Positions 1 through 9,042 of a stretch of 64,000 nucleotides of DNA are shown here, piece by piece. The DNA comes from Falsiroseomonas sp. (GTDB taxonomy: Bacteria; Pseudomonadota; Alphaproteobacteria; Acetobacterales; Acetobacteraceae). A program made the position numbers and the translations under genes. Under the pieces are notes generated by a model. It was not told where the DNA came from and made no database searches. It worked only from the letters and a program-made list of their open reading frames with translations. Where the stretch lies: contig NZ_JAWLHG010000009.1 of the NCBI RefSeq assembly GCF_041690465.1, positions 61,439 through 125,438 on the forward strand. The letters run 5' to 3'. Numbering within the stretch: position 1 is the stretch's first letter; the number at the start of each line of letters is the position of its first letter.

Positions 1-855
1 CATGCACGCTGGCGTGGCCTGGCTGCCCGCGCCGACCTGCGCTTCATCGGCGTCACCCTGCCGCGCCTGCTGGCGCGTGCGCCCTGGCGCGATGACCCGG
101 CACGGGTGGACCGTTTCCGCTACGCCGAGCATGCGCCGGGCTGGCGGAGCCGCGTCTGGATGTCGGCAGCCTACGCCTTCGCCGCCAGCGCCAGCCGCGC
201 CTTCGCCCAGCATGGATGGCCGGCCGATGTGCGCGGCGTGGAAACCGACCGCGTGGGCGGTGGCCTGGTCGAGCACCTGGCCGAGGAGCGTTTCGCCTCC
301 GGCCCAGCCGAGGCCTGGCACCGCATACCGGCCGAGATTTCGCTGACCGACCGGCAGGAGCGCGCGCTGGTGGATGCTGGTCTGATGCCGGTCTGCGCCA
401 TGCCCTATGGGCGGGAGATGGTGTTCGGCTCGGTGCGCAGCCTGCAGGCACCGGGGCGCTATGGCGGCCCCAATGCGGCGGCGGCGGACGCGAATGCGCG
501 GATGTCGGCGCAGGTCAATGCGCTGCTCTGCGCGGCGCGCTTCGCGCACTACCTCAAGGTGATCGGCCGCGACATGGTGGGCAGCTTCCAGGAGGCCGAC
601 CGCATCCAGCGCCGGCTGCACGAGTGGCTGCAGCGCTATGTCAACGCCAACAGGAACGCCACCGGCGACCAGCGTGCCCGCTACCCGCTCGCCGAGGGTC
701 GCATCTCCGTCGAGGAGAAGCCGGGCAAGCCCGGCGTGTACGGCTGCACGGTGCATCTGCGCCCGCACCACCAGCTTGACGACGTTTCCGCCACCTTCAT
801 CCTGCTGACCGAGATCTCGGCACCAGGCCGCAGAGGAGCCAACGCAGCACCATGA
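1..855 (+). CDS. tssC: T6SS contractile sheath large subunit TssC/VipB, 5'-truncated by the window edge (possibly the second, ImpD-like paralog)
   Basis: Frame is open from base 1 (HARWRGLAARADLRFIGVTLPRLLARAPW). It has the TssC C-terminal motifs CAARFAHYLKVIGRDMVGS, LHEWLQRYV, ARYPLAEGRISVEEKPGKPGVY and LRPHHQL. Confidence 0.93.
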   Translation, partial: HARWRGLAARADLRFIGVTLPRLLARAPWRDDPARVDRFRYAEHAPGWRSRVWMSAAYAFAASASRAFAQHGWPADVRGVETDRVGGGLVEHLAEERFASGPAEAWHRIPAEISLTDRQERALVDAGLMPVCAMPYGREMVFGSVRSLQAPGRYGGPNAAAADANARMSAQVNALLCAARFAHYLKVIGRDMVGSFQEADRIQRRLHEWLQRYVNANRNATGDQRARYPLAEGRISVEEKPGKPGVYGCTVHLRPHHQLDDVSATFILLTEISAPGRRGANAAP

Positions 856-1676
856 GTGGCAACGCTCCCAAGCCCGGCGAAGCCGGGAATTTGTTCCACG
901 CCGGAAAGCTGGCCGATGCCGTCGCCGCGGCCGGCGCGGCGGTGAAGCGAGCGCCGGGCGACCTCGGCGCGCGCATCCTGCTGGCCGAGCTGCTGGCCTT
1001 CTCCGGCAATGCGGAGCGGGCGGACGTGATCCTCGACGCCGCGGCCGATGTCGAGCCCGCGGCCGCGGTGGCGGTGGCGGAGTTCCGCCAGCTGCTGCGC
1101 GCCGAGGGGGCGCGCCGGCAGCTGTTCCGCGATGGTCGCGTGCCGGAATTCCTCGGCGAGCCGAATGCCGCGCAGCGCCACGCGCTGGCCGCGTTGGTGG
1201 CCTTGCGCGCCGGCGACGCGGCGGAGGCCGCGCGGCTCTCGGCGGAGGCGGAGGCGGCGCGACCCAAGGTCGCCGGCCGCCACGAGGGCCACGCATTCGA
1301 CGACATGCGCGACGCCGACGACCTGCTGGCCGCCAGCTTCGAGGTGCTGACCACCACGGGCAAGTATTTCTGGATCCCGGTCGAGCGCGTCGCGAGCGTG
1401 GAATTCCACGCGCCGCGGCGCCCGCGCGACCTGCTGTGGCGGCGCGCCAGCATGTCGGTGAACCAAGGGCCGGATGGCGACGTCTACATCCCGGCCATCT
1501 ATGCGCCGCCCGAGGGAATGGACGACGCCTCGCTGCTGCTCGGCCGCTCGACCGACTGGGTCGGGCCGGAGGAGGGGCCGGTGCGCGGCCTCGGCCAGCG
1601 CACCTTCCTGCTCGGCGAGGAGGCTGCGACGATCATGGAGCTGAAGACGCTGACCTTCGGCGCCGCAGAAGGCTGA
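852..1676 (+). CDS. tagJ: T6SS accessory protein TagJ/ImpE
   Basis: N-terminal helical 'VKRAPGDLGARILLAELL' region; DADDLL, GKYFWIP, PRRPRDLLWR, VYIPAIY and LGRSTDW motifs; ATGA overlap with tssC. Confidence 0.9.
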   Translation: MSGNAPKPGEAGNLFHAGKLADAVAAAGAAVKRAPGDLGARILLAELLAFSGNAERADVILDAAADVEPAAAVAVAEFRQLLRAEGARRQLFRDGRVPEFLGEPNAAQRHALAALVALRAGDAAEAARLSAEAEAARPKVAGRHEGHAFDDMRDADDLLAASFEVLTTTGKYFWIPVERVASVEFHAPRRPRDLLWRRASMSVNQGPDGDVYIPAIYAPPEGMDDASLLLGRSTDWVGPEEGPVRGLGQRTFLLGEEAATIMELKTLTFGAAEG

Positions 1677-1681
1677 GCGGG

Positions 1682-2197
1682 ATGTCCGGCCAGGGTAGCG
1701 GCGGGCGGCGGGAGCGCACCGAGCAGCGCGCCCAGCTGCCGCTGCTCGACCGGCTGCTGGATGACGCGCCCGACCAGGAGCGCGACCGCGTGCTGTCCAA
1801 CGCCGAGGTGCTTCAGAAGCTGCGCGAGGCGGTGCGGCGCGACCTGCAGTCGCTGCTCAACGCAAGGCGCCGCTGGCGCAGCTGGCCGCCGGCCTTGCGC
1901 GAGCTGGCGACCTCCCCGGTGGGCTATGGGTTGCCGGATTTCAGTTCCGGCGCCTTCGGCGATCCGGCGCGACGCGAGCTGCTGCGCCGCGAGGTGGAGG
2001 ACACGATCCGCCGCTTCGAGCCGCGCTTCCTGTCGCTGAAGGTGCACCTGGTGGATGCCAACGACCAGCTGAGCGGCACGCTGCGCCTGCGCATCGAGGC
2101 GCTGCTGGACGCCGACCCCGCTCCCGAGCCCGTCGGCTTCGACACCCTCCTCGACACCGCCAGAGACGACGTCGTGGTGCGCGAGACCGCGGCGTGA
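1682..2197 (+). CDS. tssE: T6SS baseplate subunit TssE (gp25-like)
   Basis: PLLDRLLDD, VRRDLQSLLNARR, YGLPD and IRRFEPR motifs; lies between tagJ and tssF. ATG at 1682 chosen within ORF 1436..2197. Confidence 0.92.
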   Translation: MSGQGSGGRRERTEQRAQLPLLDRLLDDAPDQERDRVLSNAEVLQKLREAVRRDLQSLLNARRRWRSWPPALRELATSPVGYGLPDFSSGAFGDPARRELLRREVEDTIRRFEPRFLSLKVHLVDANDQLSGTLRLRIEALLDADPAPEPVGFDTLLDTARDDVVVRETAA

Positions 2198-2344
2198 CCA
2201 ACATGTCGCACACTGCAGACGAGATCGGCGCCCAGGCCGGCAAGGCCGGCCCGCGCGCAGGGCGGCCATATGGCCCCACGCAACAGCGCGTAGGCGCGCT
2301 AGCCAAGCCCGCGGATGCGGGCGCCGGCGCCTGAGGCCAGAACA

Positions 2345-4171
2345 ATGTCCGACGCGCTGCTGCCCTATTACAACCGCGAGCTCGATGCGATCCGCAGGCT
2401 CGCAGCCGAGTTCGCCGTCGCGCATCCGAAGATCGCCGGCCGGCTGCGGCTGTCGCCCGACTCGGTGGACGATCCTCATGTGGCGCGGCTGCTGGAAGGC
2501 GTCGCCTTCCTCGCCGCGCGCGTCCACCATCGGCTGGACGACGAATTCCCCGAACTCACCGATGCGCTGCTGGAAGTGCTCTACCCGCACTACCTGGCGC
2601 CATTCCCTTCCTGCTTCGTGGCGCGGATGGCGCCGCAGGCGGGGCTGCAGAACGCTGCCTCGCTGCCCTCCGGCCTGATGGTGGACACCGAGCCCGTGCG
2701 CGGCGAGCGCTGTCGCTACCGCACCGCCTATCCGGTCACGGTCTTCCCGGTGGAGATCGAGGCGGCTCGGCTTTCCGGCCTGCCGATCATGGCGCCGGCC
2801 AACCCGCTGGCGACCGGCGCGGTGGCGTGCCTGCGGCTGACGCTGAAGGGGCTGGCGCCGGATGTCAGCTTCACCAAGCTCGGCATGGACCGGCTGCGGC
2901 TGTTCCTGCGCGGCGCCGGCGCGGCAGGACTGCATGAGCTGATCTGCGCCCATGCGATCTCGGTCGGCTATGCCGATGGCCCCTCCGATCCACGGCCGGT
3001 GATCCTCGGGCCGGAGGCGATCGAGCCGGTCGGCTTCGCGCCGGAGGAGGCGCTGCTGCCCTGGCCGGCACGCAGCTTCGCCGGCTTCCGCCTGCTTTCC
3101 GAATACTTCGCCTTCCCGGAGAAGTTCCTGTTCCTCGATCTCTGCCGGATGGACGCCAAGACGCTGGTCGGCGCCGGCAACAAGCTCGAGGTCTTCATCT
3201 GGCTGTCGCGTGCCGTGCCGGAGCTTGAGCGGGTGGTGGATGCCGGCAGCTTCGCGCTGGGCTGCACGCCGCTGGTCAACCTCTTCCCGCAGCGCTGCGA
3301 GCCGATCCGGCTGGACGACACCGCGATCGAGTACCGCGTCGTACCCGATTCGCGCCGCCCGACGGCGACCGAGGTGTGGTCCGTCACCCGCGTGCGGGAG
3401 CCGTTGCAGGATGGTGGCACGCGGCCCTGGCGGCCGTTCCATCGGCTGACGCATGCCGACCCCGATGCCGGAACGCCCGGCGGCTCCTACGCGGTGGTGC
3501 GCCGCGCGGCGCCGCCGCCGGATGCGGGCACCGAGATGCATCTGGCGCCGCACGACCCGGACCTCGCGCCACGGCGTGCGCGCGATGCCGTGCTGTCGGT
3601 GGATGCGCTGTGCCTGAACCGCGACCTGCCCACCGAACTCCCCTTCGGCGGCGGCCGCCCCGGGCTCAAGCTGGTGGAGGGTGCGACGGCGGTTTCGGGC
3701 GTGCATGCGATGACGGCGCCGACGCCGACGCTGCGCCGCACGCTGCGCGACCGCACCGCCTGGCGGCTGGTCTCGCAGCTGTCGCTCGGCCATCTCTCGG
3801 TGGTCGGCGGGGCGGAAGGCGCAGCGGCGCTGCGGGAGGTGCTGCGCCTGCACGATCTCCGCGATTCGGCCGAGACGCGGGCGGCGGTCGCGTCGCTGCT
3901 GGAAGTGGCCGCAGTGCCGGGCGCCGCCAGGCTGCCGGCCGGGCCGCGCGGCATGGGTGGGTCCTTCTGCCGCGGGCTGGACGTGACGCTCACCTTCGAT
4001 CAGCGCGGCTGGCAGACCGGCGGCCTCTATGTGTTGGCTTCGGTGCTGGATCGCTTCCTGGCGCTGCATGCCTCGGTGAATTCCTTCGTGCGGACGCGCG
4101 CCGTGCTGCGCGGCACCTCCGGCAACGCTGCCGCCTGGCCGGCGCGTGCCGGCTGGCGCGTGCTGCTGTGA
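2345..4171 (+). CDS. tssF: T6SS baseplate subunit TssF
   Basis: MSDALLPYYNREL, EFAVAHPKIAGRL, DDPHVARLLEGVAFL, LDDEFPE, YPHYLAPFPS, LLSEYFAFPEKFLF, LGCTPLVNLF and C-terminal LHASVNSF...WPARAG. Confidence 0.96.
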   Translation: MSDALLPYYNRELDAIRRLAAEFAVAHPKIAGRLRLSPDSVDDPHVARLLEGVAFLAARVHHRLDDEFPELTDALLEVLYPHYLAPFPSCFVARMAPQAGLQNAASLPSGLMVDTEPVRGERCRYRTAYPVTVFPVEIEAARLSGLPIMAPANPLATGAVACLRLTLKGLAPDVSFTKLGMDRLRLFLRGAGAAGLHELICAHAISVGYADGPSDPRPVILGPEAIEPVGFAPEEALLPWPARSFAGFRLLSEYFAFPEKFLFLDLCRMDAKTLVGAGNKLEVFIWLSRAVPELERVVDAGSFALGCTPLVNLFPQRCEPIRLDDTAIEYRVVPDSRRPTATEVWSVTRVREPLQDGGTRPWRPFHRLTHADPDAGTPGGSYAVVRRAAPPPDAGTEMHLAPHDPDLAPRRARDAVLSVDALCLNRDLPTELPFGGGRPGLKLVEGATAVSGVHAMTAPTPTLRRTLRDRTAWRLVSQLSLGHLSVVGGAEGAAALREVLRLHDLRDSAETRAAVASLLEVAAVPGAARLPAGPRGMGGSFCRGLDVTLTFDQRGWQTGGLYVLASVLDRFLALHASVNSFVRTRAVLRGTSGNAAAWPARAGWRVLL

Positions 4172-5379
4172 GCACGCCTGCCTCGCCGCTCGAGCGTCTG
4201 GCCAAGGAGCCGGAGCGCTTCTCCTTCGACGCCGCGGTCCGACTGCTCTGCGCCGATCGCGACACCGACGAGCCGGCGGAGGCGGCGCGCTTCCATGCGG
4301 CGCACGGGCTCGCCTATCCCGATGGCGACGTGCTGCGCTACACGCCCGGCAACGGGAAGGAGCCGGCGGCGCTCGCGCTTGGCCTGATCGGGCTGACCGG
4401 ACCCGCCGGTGTGCTGCCGCGCCACTATTCCGAGGCGGTGGTGCAGCAGGTGCGCGGCCGCGCGCGCGGCCTGCCGGATTTCCTCGACATGCTGGCGCAC
4501 CGGCTGGTCGCGCACTTCGCCACCTCGGGCACGAAATACCGCATGCACCGTGCCGCCGACATGGCGGCGCTGGCCGATTCGCCGGAAGCGGGGCCGGTCG
4601 CCGGCCTGCTGCTCGCGCTCGCCGGCCACGGAACGCCGCACCTTGCCGACAGGCTCGCCGCCGGGGCGGAGCCGCTGATGCACTATGCCGGCCTCTTCGC
4701 GATGCGACCGCGCTCGGCGGAGCGGCTGCGCGCGCTGGTCTCCGATTGGCTCGGCCAGCCGGTGGAGGTGCTGCAGTTCGCCGGCGCCTGGCTCTCGCTG
4801 CCAGCGGACCAGCGCACGCGGCTGCCGGTGGGCCTCGGCTCCGGCCGGCATGCGCGGCTCGGCGTGGATGCCACCATCGGCGTGCGTGCCTGGGACGCCT
4901 CGGCGCGGATCGTGCTGCGTCTGGGGCCGCTTTCGGGCCCTGCCTTCGACGCGCTGCTGCCCGACCGGCCGGCGCTGGCGCGGCTGGTTTCGCTGGTCCG
5001 CTCCTTCCTCGGCGTGGAGACGGGTTTCGCGGTCAATCCGGTGCTCGCTGCCGCTTCGGTGCAGCCGCTGCGGCTGGACGCGACGGCGGATCCGGCGCCG
5101 CGGCTCGGCTGGAACACCTGGCTTCCCGCAGTCGGGCGCCGCGCCGACGGCGTCGAGGCGGTGTTCGAAGCCGAGGTGGTCGAGGGCTTCCGACCGGCCG
5201 CGTCAGCGGCCACGAACCCCCGTGCCGCCGGGGTGGGGAGCGAAACCCGCGCCACCGAAGCGGCCCCCGAACCCCGTGCCGCTGCGGCGGCCCTTGAACC
5301 CCGTGCCGCTGGCGCGGCCCCTGAACCCCGTGCCGCTGGGGCGGCAACCCAATCCGCCGCTGGAGGCGCATCTTCATGA
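4168..5379 (+). CDS. tssG: T6SS baseplate subunit TssG with a low-complexity repetitive C-terminal extension
   Basis: GTG start overlaps the tssF stop (GTGA). Motifs FSFDAAVRLL, GLTGPAGVLPRHY, DFLDMLAHRL and LGWNTWL; about 403 aa. Confidence 0.93.
   Translation: MSTPASPLERLAKEPERFSFDAAVRLLCADRDTDEPAEAARFHAAHGLAYPDGDVLRYTPGNGKEPAALALGLIGLTGPAGVLPRHYSEAVVQQVRGRARGLPDFLDMLAHRLVAHFATSGTKYRMHRAADMAALADSPEAGPVAGLLLALAGHGTPHLADRLAAGAEPLMHYAGLFAMRPRSAERLRALVSDWLGQPVEVLQFAGAWLSLPADQRTRLPVGLGSGRHARLGVDATIGVRAWDASARIVLRLGPLSGPAFDALLPDRPALARLVSLVRSFLGVETGFAVNPVLAAASVQPLRLDATADPAPRLGWNTWLPAVGRRADGVEAVFEAEVVEGFRPAASAATNPRAAGVGSETRATEAAPEPRAAAAALEPRAAGAAPEPRAAGAATQSAAGGASS
5215..5349 (+). repeat. In-frame 27-bp degenerate tandem repeat (5 units) in the tssG 3' end
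   Basis: Units start at 5215, 5242, 5269, 5296 and 5323. The last three all begin GAACCCCGTGCCGCTG. They encode NPRAAGVGS/ETRATEAAP/EPRAAAAAL/EPRAAGAAP/EPRAAGAAT. Confidence 0.9.
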
Positions 5380-6890
5380 GCAATGCCTGGGGTGGCGGCT
5401 ACGTCACCGACATCACCTATGACTTCGGCTACTACCGTGAGCAGTCGCCGCAGCAGCTCAAGCTCACCTGCCTGCTCTCGGGCGTCGCCTGGGATGTGCC
5501 GGCGGAGGGCGCACACTACCTGGAGCTCGGCTGCGGTGTTGGCGTCGGCGCGCTGATCATCGCCGCGGCGAACCCGTCCTGGCGCGTCACCGCGCTGGAC
5601 TTCAACCCCGCCCATATCGCCCAGGCGCGCGGCATGGCGCAGGAGGCCGGGCTCGACAACATCACCTTCATCGAGGCGGACCTGACCGAGTTCGCCGAAG
5701 GGCCCGTTGCGGCAGGGCTGCCGCCGGCCGACATCATCACCACCCATGGCGTCTGGAGCTGGGTCTCGCCGGGCGTGCGGGCGGGCATCGTGCGGCTGGT
5801 GCATGCCAAGCTCACCGCCGGTGGCGCCTTCCATGTCAGCTACAACGCGCTGCCGGGCTGGCAGGGAATGCTGGCCCTGCAGCGCCTGGTGCGCGAATCC
5901 GGGCTTCGCCTTGCCGGGCGCAGCGACCGCCAGGCGCAGGCGGGCTTCGGCGTGCTGCGCGAGCTGGCGGCGGCGGAGGCGCAATCCTTCCGCGGTGATG
6001 CACGCCTGGCCAGCTGGCTGTCGGACCACCCGATCCACTCGCCGACCTACCTGGCGCATGAGTTCATGAACGAGCACTGGTCCCCCTGCTGGCACGCCGA
6101 TGTGGTGAAGGCGCTGTCGGCGGCGCGGCTCGACTGGGTCGGCTCGGCTGGGCTGGTCGAGAACTTCACCGAACTCGCGATGACCCCGCCGCAGCGCGCC
6201 GTCTATGACCGCTTCGAGGACCCGGTCATGCGGGAACTGGTCAAGGACATGTGCATGGGGCGGATGCTGCGGCACGACGTCTATGTGCGCGGTGCGTCCC
6301 GCATCTCCGCCGCGGCGCGGGATGCGGCGTTGCGGGAGCTGACGCTCGCGCTGGTGGTGCCGGCGCCGCGCGTGCAGCTCGAGGTGCAGGTGTCGGCTGG
6401 CAAGGCCGAGCTCTCGCCGGCCTTCTACCGCCCGGTGGTGGAGATGCTGGCCGCCGGCCCCGCGACCGTCGCCGCGCTGCTGAAGGCCCCGGGCGCGGCA
6501 GCCACCCGCGAAAACCCCGCCGAGCTGGCCGGCCTGCTCGTCGGCACGCGCCAGGCCGTGGTGATGGCGCGGCCCGGCGCCGCGGCGGAAGGCAGCGCGA
6601 TGCGGCTGAACGCGACGCTGGCGCGGCGGCTTGCCACCACCGAGAATCTCAACCGAGGCGTCGCGCTGGCCAGCACGGCGATCGGCGGCGGCTTCGGCTG
6701 CTCGACCAGCGAGCTGTTCATGGTCGGCCGCCTGCTGGCAGGCGAGACGCATGATCGGATACCGGCCTGGTCGGCCGAGCTCGGCGAGGGCCTGGACGAG
6801 GAGAACCAGGGCCGCGTGCGCGAGACGATGCAGCGCGGCCGGCAGGAGACGCTGCCGCTGATGCGCATGCTGTCCTGCGTGCCCGCGTGA
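5376..6890 (+). CDS. Class I SAM-dependent methyltransferase with a MethyTransf_Reg-like regulatory domain
   Basis: Motif [12 protein letters not shown], then [39 protein letters not shown] and [12 protein letters not shown]-terminal [19 protein letters not shown] is typical of this family. ATGA overlap with tssG. Confidence 0.85.
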   Translation: MSNAWGGGYVTDITYDFGYYREQSPQQLKLTCLLSGVAWDVPAEGAHYLELGCGVGVGALIIAAANPSWRVTALDFNPAHIAQARGMAQEAGLDNITFIEADLTEFAEGPVAAGLPPADIITTHGVWSWVSPGVRAGIVRLVHAKLTAGGAFHVSYNALPGWQGMLALQRLVRESGLRLAGRSDRQAQAGFGVLRELAAAEAQSFRGDARLASWLSDHPIHSPTYLAHEFMNEHWSPCWHADVVKALSAARLDWVGSAGLVENFTELAMTPPQRAVYDRFEDPVMRELVKDMCMGRMLRHDVYVRGASRISAAARDAALRELTLALVVPAPRVQLEVQVSAGKAELSPAFYRPVVEMLAAGPATVAALLKAPGAAATRENPAELAGLLVGTRQAVVMARPGAAAEGSAMRLNATLARRLATTENLNRGVALASTAIGGGFGCSTSELFMVGRLLAGETHDRIPAWSAELGEGLDEENQGRVRETMQRGRQETLPLMRMLSCVPA

Positions 6891-7020
6891 CTCCTGTTCC
6901 GCTGACATTGCACGTCGGATGTGCTTTGCTTCGGCAGGGTACTGGATCTACGGCAGGGTCGCTGGACCGGCTCGCTCCGGTCAGGCGCGGCTGCGCCACA
7001 GAAGCAGGGGGGACGACCGG

Positions 7021-7587
7021 ATGCGGCACGCCATAGCGATCGCGGTCCTGCTGGGCGCCTTCGCGCTGCCCATCGGCGCCGGCGCGCAGCAGAATCCGAG
7101 CTCGCAGCAGATCATCGACGCGCTGCGCCCGGGCGGCAACGTGCTGGGCGGGGCGACGCGCGGCATCCGCCCGGTGACGCCTGGCGCACCCGCCGGGGCG
7201 CCGTCGCAGCCCGCGACGGCCGCCGCGCCGGAGGCCGCACCGTCCGTCAACCTGACGGTCAATTTCATGACCGGCTCTGCCGAGCTGACGCCGCAGGCGG
7301 TGCGCGCGCTCGACGAGCTCGGCCGCGCGCTCGCCAGCCCCGACCTCGCCGGCTACCGCTTCCGGGTCGAGGGCCACACCGACACGGTCGGCAGTTCCGA
7401 GCTGAATCAGGCGCTGTCGGAGCGCCGCGCGGCGGCGGTGGTGGCGTACCTTGCCTCGCGCTTCGGGATTCCCTCGGCGCGGCTGGAGGCGGTCGGGCTG
7501 GGCGAGAGCCAGCCCGCCGTCCCGACCGGCGACGGGGTGAACGAGCCGCGCAACCGCCGGGTCCAGGTGGTCAACATCGGCGCCTGA
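7021..7587 (+). CDS. Secreted OmpA-family peptidoglycan-binding protein (TagL-like position)
   Basis: Signal peptide [24 protein letters not shown]; OmpA_C motifs [34 protein letters not shown] and NRRV. Confidence 0.9.
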   Translation: MRHAIAIAVLLGAFALPIGAGAQQNPSSQQIIDALRPGGNVLGGATRGIRPVTPGAPAGAPSQPATAAAPEAAPSVNLTVNFMTGSAELTPQAVRALDELGRALASPDLAGYRFRVEGHTDTVGSSELNQALSERRAAAVVAYLASRFGIPSARLEAVGLGESQPAVPTGDGVNEPRNRRVQVVNIGA

Positions 7588-7612
7588 CCGCATCCCGGCA
7601 GGGCGGGCCGCG

Positions 7613-8626
7613 ATGCCGCCGCATGGCAAGGACGATACGGTCCGGCTGCGGCCGGCGACGCTGAAGCCGTCGCCGGCACCGCAAGCGGCGCGGAGTCACG
7701 GCGGCGCGCGTCCGCTGCTGCTGGCCGGGGCGCTTCTTCTGCTCGGCGCGATCGGCGCGGTGCTGTTGCTGCGGAGCGGCCCGGCACCCCTTGTCGAGGC
7801 GCCACCGGCACCGATGGTCGCGATGCCCGCGCCCCCGGCGCCCGCGCCGCCGCCCGTCGCCATCGCCCTGGCGAGCGAGGCGGAGATCCTGGCGAACCGC
7901 GCCCCGGAACTCGTCATCCGCCGCCTGGCGCCCAATCCCGATGTGCTGGTGCTGGACTTCCCGACGCTCGGCGAGCAGGCGCGCATGCTGAACCGGATCG
8001 CGGCGCTGGTGGAGAAGGCCGGCCTGCCGCGCGACCGTGTGCTGGACGATGTGGCACTCGATGCGGCGGTGCGCGCCGGCGGCGGCACGGCGGAGACCTT
8101 CTACTATGGCCACAACTACCGCGCCGCCGACCTGGCGCGGTTCTTCGCGCTGGCCCAACGGGACGGCGTGCGGCTGACCGCGGAGGAGGAGCGGCTGCGC
8201 GCGTTGCTGAGCGATCTCGGCTGGCTCCGGATGGATGCCGGCGGCGCGCTGGTCTCGGTGCCGCAGGAAGGCGTCGAGGCCTGGCTCGATGCGGGCGCCC
8301 GCGCGGCGATGCTGCGCCACGAGCTTTCGCATGGCGAGTTCTTCACCAATCCCGCCTATGCCGCGCAGGTCTGGCGCTTCTGGCGCGAAATGCTCACCGA
8401 GGAGGAGCGGCAGCGCTTCCGCGCCGTGCTCACGAACGCCAGCTACGACCCGGCGCAGGAGGAGGTGATGGCGAACGAGGCGCACGCCTTCCTGTTCCAC
8501 ACCGCGGATGAGCGCTTCTTCAGCCCGGCAATGGCCGGGCTTTCGCCTGAACGCGCAGCGGCGCTGCGGGACGCCTTCATCGCCGGGTTGCCGCCCGGCT
8601 GGTTGAGGGATGCGATGGCGCACTGA
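7613..8626 (+). CDS. Hypothetical single-pass membrane protein with Pro-rich linker and HExxH (zincin-like) domain
   Basis: Hydrophobic segment PLLLAGALLLLGAIGAVLLL, Pro-rich [15 protein letters not shown] at 8318-8332 and a downstream NEAHA at 8474. Confidence 0.7.
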   Translation: MPPHGKDDTVRLRPATLKPSPAPQAARSHGGARPLLLAGALLLLGAIGAVLLLRSGPAPLVEAPPAPMVAMPAPPAPAPPPVAIALASEAEILANRAPELVIRRLAPNPDVLVLDFPTLGEQARMLNRIAALVEKAGLPRDRVLDDVALDAAVRAGGGTAETFYYGHNYRAADLARFFALAQRDGVRLTAEEERLRALLSDLGWLRMDAGGALVSVPQEGVEAWLDAGARAAMLRHELSHGEFFTNPAYAAQVWRFWREMLTEEERQRFRAVLTNASYDPAQEEVMANEAHAFLFHTADERFFSPAMAGLSPERAAALRDAFIAGLPPGWLRDAMAH

Positions 8627-8688
8627 GCGCGCACCGGCCAGCTGCCCGATCGCGCAGATCGGTCACGATCCGCGGGATCTGTCATGCG

Positions 8689-9042
8689 TCACTGCGTGGC
8701 CTCCACCGCGGCCGGCGCCATTGGACAGAAGATCCCATGCAGCGCGGACAGCAGCTGGGTGACACGCGGATCGGCGATGCGGTAGTGGAGCGCCGTGCCC
8801 TGCCGGCGGGCCACCACCAGCCCATCCTCGCGAAGGCGCGTGAGATGCTGGGAGAGCGCAGGCTGGCTGAGGCCGGCGCTGTCCGCCAGCCGTCCGACCG
8901 TCACCTCGCCCTCCGCCGCCAGACGGCAGAGCACCAGCAGGCGCCGGTCGTTGCCGAGCTGGCGGAGAAGGGAGGCCGCTTCGAGCACCTGCGCTTCGAG
9001 CGCGGGCAGTCCGGCCGGTATGGGGGTATCCGTCGAGGTCAT
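8689..9042 (-). CDS. ArsR/SmtB-family regulator of the BigR/SqrR two-cysteine type
   Basis: LRQLGNDRRLLVLCRL...TVGRLADSAGLSQPALSQHLTRLREDGLV..RRQG...YRI and C-terminal LHGIFCP. Start placed at ATG 9042. Confidence 0.88.
   Translation of the reverse strand: MTSTDTPIPAGLPALEAQVLEAASLLRQLGNDRRLLVLCRLAAEGEVTVGRLADSAGLSQPALSQHLTRLREDGLVVARRQGTALHYRIADPRVTQLLSALHGIFCPMAPAAVEATQ

Noticed and set aside
5215-5349. 27-bp repeats as a possible CRISPR array
   Set aside because: The units are contiguous with no spacers, in frame within tssG, and there are no cas genes.
1499-6908. Long antisense or alternate-frame ORFs over the T6SS genes (1499..4069, 4683..6908, and the N-terminal half of 3376..5379)
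   Set aside because: They are Arg/Ala/Pro-rich, have no family motifs, and fully overlap well-supported genes. The same applies to most other overlapping ORFs in the track.
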